Assembly (NCBI RefSeq): GCF_009834535.1
Contig: NC_045696.1
Location: 75,890,001 to 75,954,000 of the forward strand
Length of the DNA: 64,000 bases
Origin: Camelus ferus
Lineage: Eukaryota
Direction: 5' to 3'
The notes beneath the pieces are model-generated. The model made no database searches, was not told where the DNA came from, and was given only the letters and a program-made list of their open reading frames with translations. A program made the translations under genes and the position numbers. Positions 41,100-52,619 of the stretch are shown piece after piece; the first letter of the stretch is position 1, and each line of letters opens with the position of its first letter.

Positions 41100-44000
41100 T
41101 CAAAATACATCCAAATGAACACCAGATGATTAACATATGAAAGAACAAGAGATAGCTGCAGAAGTGGAGATAAGGCCACCAAACAATCCTATAAAATGGG
41201 AGCCAGCAGGGTGTGGAGGGCACCAGGATGGGAGGCAGACAAAGATCTGGCTTTCTGAAATAGGAAAGATGAAGGCCTTGTGGGCCAATTCCTGGGATAT
41301 GAGGAAAGTTCATGGAAATCAGTAGAAAACACTGTACAAAATGTATGGACAGGTGGGTCATAAATGGCCCTCCACTTTGCTCCCATTAATGAGATGCAAA
41401 TGCGGCAGTGGGGCAGGAAGAGGAACGGAAAGTATGCTCAGTGACAGCTGGCCCAGGTGTTGCTACGCCTCTCCTGGGAGGGGGACTTCTCCACTAACTC
41501 TGACGCACACCATTGTGAGAAGTTTCTACTCATTTCTGATAGCAGCTATAGAGACAGACATCCACACTAAGTATAAAAGGAGGGAAACTTGAGACTGTCT
41601 GGGGCAGAAACCAGGTGACTTGTTGGAAACCTGGCTGGTTCAAGTGTGTGATGAGAGGGCCAGGAGGGCAATGCTGATTAAGGAAGAATATCTCTTAAGG
41701 TTCAACTGCCTCTTATAGTCCATTATGCCAACCTCATACTAACTCATATCTAAAAGTAAAATTTCTCAAGAGTTATTTTGCAGTGGATCTTGGCTACTGT
41801 AAAGGAGGTTTGGCCTTCTTGAGGAGATTTTCTGGAGAAAGTCAAGTGTCACTGGTGTGTTAGTCAGTGAGGGCTGCTGTAAAAATGTTCCACAAACTGA
41901 GTGGCTTGAACAACAGAAATGTATTGTTTCATGGTTGTAGAGGCCAAAAGAAGTCCGAAACTAAGGTACTGGGATGGTTGTTCCTTCTGAGGACTATGAG
42001 GGAAGAATCTGTTCCAGGCTTCTTTCCTTGGCTTGTAGATACATCTTCTCCCTGTGTCTCTTTCTAAAATCTTCCCCTTATGAATAGCTCTGTGTTCCAA
42101 TTTTCCCTTTATTTAAAAGACACCAGTCATACTGAATTAAATTCTATCCAAGTAACCTCACTTTAACTTGATTATACTTGTAAACACCTGACCTACACAT
42201 AAGGTCACATTTTGAGGTATTAGCGGTTAGGATCTCAGCATATGAATCTGTTGGGCATAACACCTGGGAAACCACAGACGAGGCATTGACAACTACTTAG
42301 GCACTTTATATCCTAAATTGGGTTTACGGTGTTGATGAAGGTGATCTACTAGATAATAAGAAAATGATTCAAATATTGGAGAGAGAAAAGAGTCAAACTA
42401 TTTTAACTCTTGGAGACAGGCAACCAAGTTAGACCCTTGGAAGTAAGACACCCAGACGGGGTGGGTTCACAGTGGGAAAGGGAAGCTAAAGTAGTCCTGT
42501 GAGTGGGGCCTTTTAAACACTTAAATACACTGCTGTTTTGCTCCTACATTTGAATGTAGAGCAATGAGTGTGTTCTGTGCTTTACTACCCTGAGTGCCAG
42601 GGGGCATCCTCCACTGCAGGAAGAGCGGCACATGGAGCAGCAGTAATGGGACACACACATTGCTCCCCAGCCCACCTTTAGTGGCAAGGTATTTCTCCAC
42701 AAGTACCCAAACTCTCCTGCCTTTTGCCACCTGTAGGTGGGCCAGGATTTAGCACAAGTGACCCTACCCAAAAGTGTCATTCAGATAATGCCCGTTTGGT
42801 TAGAGAATCAAAAGCCTCAGGCACAACCACCCAGACCTCCACCAGCAGGTAGCGGGAGAGGGCTAAAATTGAAACAAATTCAGGAGCATGCCTACCAAAT
42901 ACAGTTTCTTGAGACTATGTGGGTAGACTTATAATGCTCAATCCCTCTGACAGTCAAGAAAAACATTGTTCTTGCTTCAAACCTCCACCATTCAAAAAGA
43001 AGTTTAGCACCTTGTTGCACTCTTGGGGTATTAAGGCAGCACATGCCTCATCGGGGCATTCTATTTGGTCTTTTAAGTCCCAACCTGCAAATCAACATTT
43101 TTTGAGAAGGGCCCCTTGCAAGAGGCTGTGCAGGAAGGGAAAGCTATCCAGCAGAATGTGGCACATTTTTCATCTTTGTGACCCCACTGTCCAATGACCC
43201 CTTTGAGCAAGAGGTCTCTGTGACTGATGATTTCGCCAAATGGAACTGAGGGCAAAGGGAGGCAGGCTCCATCTGGAGGTGCTCCTGGTGGCCACCTCCC
43301 TGACAGAGCCACCAGATATTCCTTTTGAAAAGTAGCTAGCTATTAGTTTGCTTCTGAGCTTTTCTGCAAGTTGACACCTGAATATGTGACAAATGGAGGC
43401 CACATGCCTCTAGCCTGATAGTCTCATTCTGAGATGGTTGAGCCTGGACTCAATAGTAAACACGATGGGAAGGGCCCAACAAGCTTCCTGGCCAAATGGA
43501 AATGGTACTTGTGATATCTTGGCGTTATATGAAAAGGCGGTAGCTATCTCTCTGGGAAAATTATATTTCTAAAAACCTGGACCTAGTTCACTTATAGTTC
43601 AGCTAAGCTAACTTGATAGTACCCGCTGGCCTACTCTGACTGTTCTGCCGCAGCACCAGCTATGGAACTCCGGGCCATTCTCAGAACTATAGACTATCAT
43701 CTCCCAGAGGAACCTTGTTATATTTTTACTAACTCTTGTTTTTGTTACTAGTAACGTAGCCATTTCATCTGCCACTGGGAAAACTTAAGACTGGCAGGTT
43801 AAAAATACCCCTCTTTGGGGCCAAGCACTGTGGAAACAAATTATAGCTGCTGATCAAGTGTGCAGGTCATTCAGGTAGATGCCCAGAGTAAACACTTACT
43901 CTTTGATGAGTACTACTGGCTGGCAGCATCACCGCAATTGCTACAACGTGGCCATCATCAGACTGGACCTGGAAAGACATCCACCACCACAGACTGAGCA

Positions 44001-44205
44001 CCAGCTAACGGATGTTTCTAGTGCAGAAGGTGCCACTGCATGCCTGACTTGGGACTCCTTCCAAAATTGACCCGTTTGCCTTGGGATGAGGAAGCCCACA
44101 TTACATGAGACATTGCCCCTGCCTGCTCCTGGTAGGTTGACCAAATTGGACTTTTGACTCTCTCTCAAGGTTATCAGTGGTGCCTGACTACTGTCAACAC
44201 TTTTT
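41100..44205 (+). mobile_element. Divergent class III (ERVL-like) retroviral internal remnant: gag, pro, RT thumb/connection, RNase H, 5' integrase
   Basis: Manual translation across stops and frameshifts gives gag QKPGDLLETWLVQVCDE and VKEVWPS*GD...WETTDEA...LNWVY, protease LLETGNQV (42407), RT QIQEHAYQIQFLETMW, FEKGP...DPFEQEVSVTD, GRAQQAS..KWKWYL, RNase H ELRAIL...YIFTNS...DWQVKNTPLWGQALW, and integrase W*VDQIGLL...GYQWCLTTVNTF. Confidence 0.8.
41856..42262 (-). mobile_element. MLT1 (ERVL-MaLR) solo LTR inserted in the gag remnant
   Basis: tgtgttagtc...gggctgctgtaa...ccacaaactgagtggcttgaacaacagaaatgtattg...aaggtcacattttgaggta...cataaca. TSD actgg (41851-41855) vs cctgg (42263-42267). Confidence 0.9.
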
Positions 44206-44399
44206 CTTCATCTGTTTCACACTCATAAAAGCATTTTTTGATGCGTAGAGTATTTACATTTGATGAAGCCCAACTTTTGAATATTTCATGGTTAGCATTT
44301 TTGGTGTATTGCTTACTCAACAGCTTTTGACCACAAAAACACCAATTTTGTATGGTTCACCTAAATTAATAAGGTTCAACCTTGTTAATATATGTCCCA

Positions 44400-44580
44400 C
44401 TTATTAATTCATGTAATTTTCATAATAAACTATTAGAGTAGATATCTCCACTTTACAGATGATGAAACTGAAGGAAAAGAGATTACGTAACTTCCCTGTA
44501 AGGTCACCCAGTTAACTAATGACAGAGTGAGATTTAAACACGAGTGGTCTGGCTCTGAGGGCTGTACTCAGTCATGATGC
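44400..44580 (-). mobile_element. MIR
   Basis: ctccactttacagatgatgaaactgaagg...gtaacttccc...aggtcacccagttaactaatgacagag. Confidence 0.8.
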
Positions 44581-45275
44581 TGTATCTATTGTACATTCCA
44601 CCTGGCACTGAAGTATGGATGTATATGTTTCTCCTTCTAGTCTATGTTCTCCTTAAAGGAAAAACTGCTTACTTGTTTTTCTAACTCTTGCACCCAGCAC
44701 CCTGCACATGGAAATGTCAATAATACTTGAAGAATGAATAGATAAACAAATGGAGAGATCTCCACCAGTGCTGGCTGGATATTACAGGGGCAATGGTTGT
44801 GTTCTTTCAGCCTCAATGGCATTTGCATAGTGTACCTTTTGATCTTTGAACATACATCAGGTATCATGCAACTCTCCCTTTCAGATATTCCCTCTTTAAT
44901 TAAAGCATTTAATATCATAATAGAGATATTCACAAATAATATGGTAACTGCAAGTGGGGGTCTCTGATCTATATGGCTGAAGAAAATCCTATTACAAAAA
45001 AATCCTTAAAAATATTTTAAAAAAATTATTTCAAAGACAGAAAAATAATGCATATAAAGGATTACAAAACTTAGATGTTAGTCTCCCTATTCCACTGAAG
45101 AACCACTTCTACTCCCTCAAAAGAATCTGCATATCTACTACTATATTCTCATGTAACTATTATAACCACATATGAATATATATATAGTTCTATATATCTA
45201 CATAATATCATTGTGTCTATAAATATATAGAATGTAATCCAGCCACAAATAAATTAATTTGTGGTATATTTGAAA

Positions 45276-45326
<51 letters not shown>
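45276..45326. repeat. (TAT)n microsatellite, about 17 units
   Basis: Uninterrupted trinucleotide run. Confidence 0.95.
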
Positions 45327-47267
45327 CATCACATTCATCAAATAGATTTGGAAGAATTTCACCATCTCCTTTTATAATTTAACAACATCATTACTTGAAA
45401 AAAATTAGCCTTATTCATGCTTGGCACTGTTATATGCTACACTAGCATACTTACTTAGGTGAGAAAATTTATGGGAGTTTCTCTAGGCAATTCAGTGACA
45501 ATGTAGAAGAATTATGTTATAATTTTTGGTAATTAACATTCATAAAAACAGGAACATCCTTTACATATAGTCATGGTATAAAACTCCTTCCCAGATTTAA
45601 AACCTCTAAATAAATCACTTCTAATTTGTGCCTTATAGTTGAATGCCCATTGTGATTTAACAATTCTAACTCATGTCAGCCCTGGTGCAAAAGATATTGT
45701 GCAGAAATTTTAGCTTTGCTATGTAACTCCAATATCACTGTAAGTGGGAATTGCTGAAGCCAGATCTGATTGTTCTGCAATAACATACTTTTATTTGTTC
45801 TTAGCAGTGCTTGTGAAGATATTTTACAGCTATTTGATCTGATGGAAAATAATACCTTTAACCTAACTTTCTAATTTGTATTCAGCTTTGAGAGAACAAT
45901 TTCTTCACCACATAGGTAGCACATAGATAGCTATATATTTCTATAAATAAGCAACTGGAAGAACACTAGGAAATGTTTTTCAAAACCTAACTCATTATTT
46001 TTCATTATATTTGGGCCCTTTAAAGAAAAGGTGCCTTGAAAATTCCAGATGTTGTTATTATTATCATAGTCATTTAAATTATTATTAGTAATATATCATA
46101 TTAATTGCTCTTAATGGGTATAATAAATAATCACAATGGTAATAATAAAAATTAATTGCCCTCATAGAATGAGTTGCATTTTGTAATGCTTCTGGATAGG
46201 TATGGTTAGTAACATGATTAATTTTTCCCAGAATGCAATACAAAACATACTTTTGACTAGGGTATTAGAATATCCTGTGATCAAAAATTTTATATGCAAA
46301 ATGTACCACCAGCCAAATTTATGGGGTGATATCTTATGAATGTCTTTCGTAAAAAAGAAATGTACAAATATTGTGCTATATTACACTTTCACCCAAAAAT
46401 CAAAATGATAATGACATGAAAATGACCACAAAAGAAGCTACAGAGAGACGTACGGAATTTCAGGATTTCTCAATTAATGAACCTGTAAGACTCTTGACTG
46501 CCCTCTTATTTTAAAATGCACTTATTGGACTCCAGCCCTAGAGATTCTGACTCAGTGGATCTAGATATAGCTCATAATCTGTATTTTTGATAGGTATCTC
46601 AGAAGACCTTGAGGAAGGATTTCCCATACCACATTTTTTTCAAAAAGTTATCTGGAGATACTGAAGTATCAAGCAGGTTGCCAAGATAGAGACTCTGACA
46701 TGTAGAGTGAGGCTGAAACCTGGTTATCAGAGTCAGACCACAATGTTAGGACCAGGCTGGAAGTGATGTCCTAGAGGTTGGGTTAAAGCTGTATCCTTGT
46801 TCAGGTCCAAGATCAGATTGGTCTCAAGAAGTGGGGCAGGGAATGACACTATAGGCAGGACTGCAAGTGGTTCTGGCGGAAGACAAGAAAAGCCCAAGAG
46901 GTTAGGAGACAGGCAGCCTCTGCCTCTCAGTGCTCCCCTCACCTCCTGGATACTCTGCAGCCAAGTGAAGTATGGCTCTCTCCTCCCAAGTCAGTCCAGA
47001 TTTTGGGTATGGAGAGAAGCCAGTCTTCCTCTTCCCAAACTTGTTGGAGTAATCCCTGATATAGGAAGATTTTCTGAAAAGATGTCAAGTGCAAACAAAG
47101 ACAAATGAGGAAGGTAGAACAACCTGGGGCTGGGATTATGGGGATATATTGGTGTGTAACTCTCTGGACTTACCAGAGAAGCTGACTTCTGCTCTGTCAA
47201 AGTCACAATGGTAAGTAAAATGACTTCCTGGAATTCACTTAAAAGTAGGAGCAGAGCTGTTACAGAA

Positions 47268-47430
47268 ATCAGTGATTTCCAGTTTACTTGACCATCAAGA
47301 TCTGAGGAGCTTTAAAACCCCTCCCCCAAAGATTCTCATTCAGTAGATACTGGGTAGAGTTTAAGAATCTATGTTTTTAAATATTGTTCCAGTTAATTCT
47401 TATATGCAGCCATAATTGGGAACCACTGTA
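47268..47430. mobile_element. MER5A-like hAT element
   Basis: cagtgatttcc...ggagctttaaaa...cccaaagattctcattcagtagat...attcttatatgcagccataattgggaaccactg. Confidence 0.7.
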
Positions 47431-48329
47431 CTACAACATATCAGAAAGTTAACATATGCCTGAATATCATCTTTGTTTTCGTGAGTTTATAGCTTGAAAA
47501 TTAATTAATTCTATGCTTATTAATTACTACAGCCAACTGTACAGTTTCCCATGAGTGTTTGAAATGTTGCTGAGTGTTTTCAGGCCTCCAATTATAATTC
47601 AAGTTAAGATATTTTAACTAGAGCTCATCAGCAATTATTAACTTAGCATTCTGTGAGTGTGTTGCTAGTTCTCTCTCACCTAATGATCTGTGGAAGACAA
47701 GAAGAGTGTGACTAAAATTTTAGCATCAGACAACAGTTTTCTAAAAGGGAAATGGCAAAGCCTACTGAAGAATACAAGATCAAAGGGAAAAACAAACAAA
47801 CAAACAAACAAAAAACCCTGGTATCCCAAAAGCCCAGTGCAAGTATAATCTTAGCAAATGCCTAAGTATAAAATGTAGATTTCATGTAATATTTCCTTTG
47901 TGAAGAGGTAGTGGCAAGGTTGACACCAGTAATGACCATCAGGTTTAGTAAGAGTTTTTCCTCAATTAAGAGGAGATGGTAAAGCAGAGGGAGAGAGAGA
48001 CAGAAATCTGAGCTTTGTTTTTCTGTCTGAAAGATAAAGAAATGTTTTACCTGAGGAAGCTCTCATTCTTGAGCTAACTATGAGAACTGAAGATGCAAAA
48101 AAAAGTTAACTTTCAAAAGGCAAAAAAGATCAAAAGATAGATGTTTAAAATCTCACCTAGAAGAGATTTAAAGCAAAGTAGCATCAAACCACTCAATTTT
48201 TGGTCATTTTTAACACAGACTGGAAAGTCCTATGATTCCTGGAAAAATTTGGTAGCAGTTAAGAGAAAAATGTCATCCAGGGTTATTGCATAGGGCACAG
48301 GATCTCCCCTGGGAACGGCCTCATTTTTT

Positions 48330-48800
48330 TCCTGGAAACTATAAGTAACCCTCCATCCTGCCAAATCCATCTATATCCACATGGTTACTACAGGGCTTTC
48401 CCTGATAGTATAATGTGACCCCACTCCCTGGTTACATTTGATTGGCCCTGGGGTGGGCATCTGACCCAAGCTGAGCAAATCACTCTACTATCAAACTTTG
48501 GTATGGGTCTAAGAGATTGTTGCTCATTTTAGCTGCTTGCTTGAAAAGAAGTGATGAATTCTTTGGAATTTAATCCAGAAACAACTTCCTGTGACAACAG
48601 CTAGAAAACAGAAATCAAGTCTACAATAAGAGGAAAGAAAGAAATAGATGTAAAAAGAGAAGCAGAGACAAGAGAAAAAGTGTCTGTGGCAATTTATGTC
48701 CCTGTGCTAATTATTCTTCAGGCTTGGATGCCCGCAGTTCTACTTCATGCAAGTCTAAATCAGGCTTTCATTATTGCAATCAAAAGATTTCTAAACAATG
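48330..48800 (+). mobile_element. MLT1J/K-like MaLR LTR fragment
   Basis: tgattggccctggggtgggcatctgacccaagctg...ttattgcaatcaaaagatttctaaaca. Confidence 0.6.
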
Positions 48801-51800
48801 TAGAAGGAGACTGCAATAGGATTGGCGAAAAGGGACCAAAGTCAATTGCCCATAAAAGGAAGAGGGCTCTGAAATCACCAGAGGTTGCACGCCAAGATGA
48901 AGCAGACTGTAAGTAATGCTGTTACCGGAAAGCAAAAAGAAATAATCCAGCTCTAGCCAGGAACCCAGATACAGGTAGTCAAAACCTAAGAAGTTTGGTT
49001 ACCAAGGGATTGGCCAGGTTGGGAAGGCTTTAAATAGATAAGGCTGATTGAGGTAGGCAAGGTTAGCCTCCACTTCTGAAAATCAACCTCCAGCTTCTGA
49101 CCGGAGCAGAGAAAGAAGTGCTATGTTCACTTTTCAGAAGCTCTTGATTCCAGTAAAGTAGAAAGGAGAGGCTCTCGTGTTGGGTTTAGGTGCTGTCTTT
49201 GCTGTGCCTGATATCTTTTGGTTTATCTATCTCTTCTAGATACTGTGAATTTTTTCTACATACAAGTGAAGGATGTTTGGTTGTGTCACATGTATCATGT
49301 ATGAAGATCTCTTAATGATCTTCATTTTTCTAAGACCAAGTTAAATCTATCATTGAACATAGTAATACCTAAATTATAAGGATAATGAAAGTACAGGAGT
49401 TATTAACAGCCTTCTAAGTACGGGCCTTGTAAATTCAAGTTAGTCATCGATAACATGTATCTCTGAAGGTAAATGTCACAGATTGTCCAGTTTAACTCTT
49501 GTCGTAGAAGTTTCTCTGGTACTCAACATACCAAAATGGTTCTGTGGATTATAGCAAAGTTTAATATGGACATACATTTAATCTGCACTCCTACAGATTG
49601 TTATTAATTTAATCACTATGCTGTTGTGCTAAGAATACCTAAGAAGATCACTGGTACTGACAAATCAATTACATTTAAGAACTATTTAAACTTAGACATA
49701 TGGGCTTTAGCCTGATGAAGGACATGCACATCTCTTAGATTTTACATCCAATAGAATCAGCATGATAAAGTTACTGAACTAGTTCATTCCATAGAGTCTA
49801 ATACTGTATACTTGACCTCTAAGTTTACTGAGAAAATATCCTAAGATGATAGTCTTTGTAAGGTTTTTATAGCATGAAAGAGGACTGAATTTGGGGAATG
49901 AAGAGTAAGGATAAAAATTTCGGTTTTTTAGTCTTAATTCAAGCAACTCAGAGTCTCTGAACTTTATTTTTTTTAATGAAATAATGTTAATATTACCTTT
50001 CCACCAATCTTAAAAGGGTGGCACTGAATAAGACTCTTTGCAAAAAAAGGGAAACAAATACAAATAAAATAAATAAATAAAGGGTGACCCATTCCACACC
50101 CACTCCCAAAAGGTCTCTAAGTTTCCAGCTAATAACCAGGACTGAAACTCTTGGAAAGTGAGAGTGGAAACAAACAAACAAACAAAAATCAGGAATCCAC
50201 AGACGGCTTCAGAGGTAGCAGAAGAGGAAGATGCTTTTATGATGTGGCTTTAGATGTGCCAAAATGGCTCCTCTGACTAAAACCAAAATAAGAAAAGAAA
50301 ACCTTATTTACTAATACCCCAAGTTCCCAAGATGAAATCTATACCCACTTGTCAAAATATATTACCAATGAAAAAACTTATCTTTGTTAGTGTGCTCACA
50401 ATCTAATGGGAGAATTAAATTCATATGTGAAAATTTGTGATATGCAATGTGATAACTCTATAACAGAAGTGCAAACTTCAGTGCGAATGAGCAGAAGGGA
50501 GGTAGAATCGGGAAAAGCTTTTCTTAGAACAGGCTTGCTGGTTGAAGGTAAGAGAAAAGAATTGGTATGAGAAAATTAGACATCTCAGAAAGGAGTCCAT
50601 AAAATGTAGAATTATTACAGAAAGGGGAAAAAAGGGTAAAAAACACACTGTTTTGCCGGTAGTAGCATGATTGGTAATCTGGGGACAAATTCTGGACTAC
50701 CTTGGGCATAATCTATTCAAGAGGTTTTTTTTTTTTAGGCTCTGCCACTACCTGATCAGCCGCAAAAGAAAATAACAGCAAAAGAAGTTTCTGAAAGAAG
50801 AGTGGAGAAATTGTGGGTCAAAAATTCCTGAAAGCTGAAAGTTTTAGTTGGAATAAATAAAGCCAGAAAGGAACAAACACCCAACTAGCAAGGAAGGGAG
50901 AGGAGCCTAATGACATTCTAATTCTCCATGATATGGAGGGGCTGTATTTTCTTTGAGTGGTTTCATGTGCCCAGACCTTATTTAGTTGGAAATTCTTCCA
51001 GATACATATTGTCAGAGCAGGAAAATAATTCATAAATCTGAAAATAATATGCTAATAAAAACCTCTGTTTTATTTTTCCTGAATATCTTATAAAAATAAC
51101 TATCTTTTTTTTTTCCAGAATTACTTGCAGTTAATTTTCACATCAGGTAAAAGCAACTGACATCATCTCCATTTCACAGTTGGTCATGTGTAACATTGTT
51201 GTGATCGCAAACTAGCTGAGAATTCATGGAACTTCTCCTTAGTGGCCCAAATGCATGTGTCCCGATTTCTAGTCTTTTATAGTAATTTTTTTGCTGAGTT
51301 GCTAGATTTTTATATTTCCTTGCCTTTCAATTTCACATATAATTTTCTTGGATAAAGAGGAAAGCCCCAGAGGATTTTCCTTATTCTCTACTGCTTCAAG
51401 AAAATAGAATTTTAAAATAGCTATATTTTGCCCAATGGAGATAGAGATGAGTAACTTACAGTTACATCTCTTCTAAATATCCAAGTAGTATACTCATTAT
51501 TTGCATTAAAATTTTAAAAAATTGCAGAGCAAATAGAACTTACATTCATCTGAGGTAAAACATTTCATTATATTCTATTATCCCAAAATCAATTCCTAAA
51601 GCAATGTGTGAATTAAGATGTTTTATCCAGCATTTTCAAGAAACCAATTTAAAACTATACAGTTTATAACGAATTGCCAGACATATTGCAAGCAGCCATT
51701 AATTTACTCTAAACCAATTAAACTCTACATTAATATATGCACTAATATACATGCACTTGTTCCTAACTTCCTTTTGTAATTAAGCTTGGGTACAAGGCAC

Positions 51801-52135
51801 AGCCTCACTTGACAACGAGTTTTAATCCTCTTGTTTCATCTTTCCCTTGTCCTTTCCGGCTCCTGCTATCAAGTGAGGCCAGTCACTCTGTTCAGTATTA
51901 CTTTCTTTTTTCATTTGTAAGAGGAATTTCTTTTAAACAGACATATATACTAAGCAGTGAGTTTCTAGGAATCCTGAAATTGCCTTATATTTAAGGCCAC
52001 ATTCCATCCTTAAAACCATGGGGAGGGATTCCTGGAAGGTTAATGAAAGGCATATAATAAGTGTTCCAGAATGTAAGGTCAACAGTATGGGAAAAATTAA
52101 CGCAAACTGCACTAGTTCATAGTCAAGATCAGTTA

Positions 52136-52273
52136 TGTATTAGGCTTCTTTAGAGAAATAGAACCAATAGGTTGAATGATGCCCACCCACACTTTCACAG
52201 ACACACCCAGAAATAATGTTTCATCAGGGCACTCCATGGCAAGTCAACTTAACAAATAAAATTAACCATCAGA
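52136..52273 (-). mobile_element. MLT2 3' LTR, internally deleted
   Basis: tgtattaggcttctttagagaaatagaaccaatagg...cacagacacacccagaaataatgttt...aaaattaaccatcaga. Adjacent purine-rich tract on the minus strand (gacagggggtgcaa). Confidence 0.85.
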
Positions 52274-52577
52274 ATTGCACCCCCTGTCAACTTGACATCC
52301 ATACACATCTTTTGAAACCATACTTAATCTCCAAATAAAGACAATAACAAGATCATATTTAGGCCTAACATGATACAACTATCCTTCATACAACTGAAAA
52401 TTCACTAATCGCTTGCACAGAAGAGGAGGTAAATTTCTTGAGTGATGTTTATTGTTCTCCTTGATATCCCATAACTTAAATATTATGATGTAAAATTAGC
52501 AATACTCAAATGCTATGATATAAAGCCAGTACATCTTATGTTATATGATAAGGGAATAAAGAAGGAAAAAATATATT

Positions 52578-52580
<3 letters not shown>

Positions 52581-52615
<35 letters not shown>
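52581..52615. repeat. (CA)n microsatellite, about 17 units
   Basis: Perfect dinucleotide run within the ERVL 3' region. Confidence 0.95.

Positions 52616-52619
<4 letters not shown>

Noticed and set aside
39339..44205. MER74-like LTR as the 5' LTR of the downstream retroviral remnant
   Set aside because: The LTR has its own TSD inside an L1 and is separated from gag by L1 and unique DNA, so it is a solo LTR.
49990..50075. Possible short minus-strand exon
   Set aside because: Weak AAG acceptor and no support from neighbouring exons.
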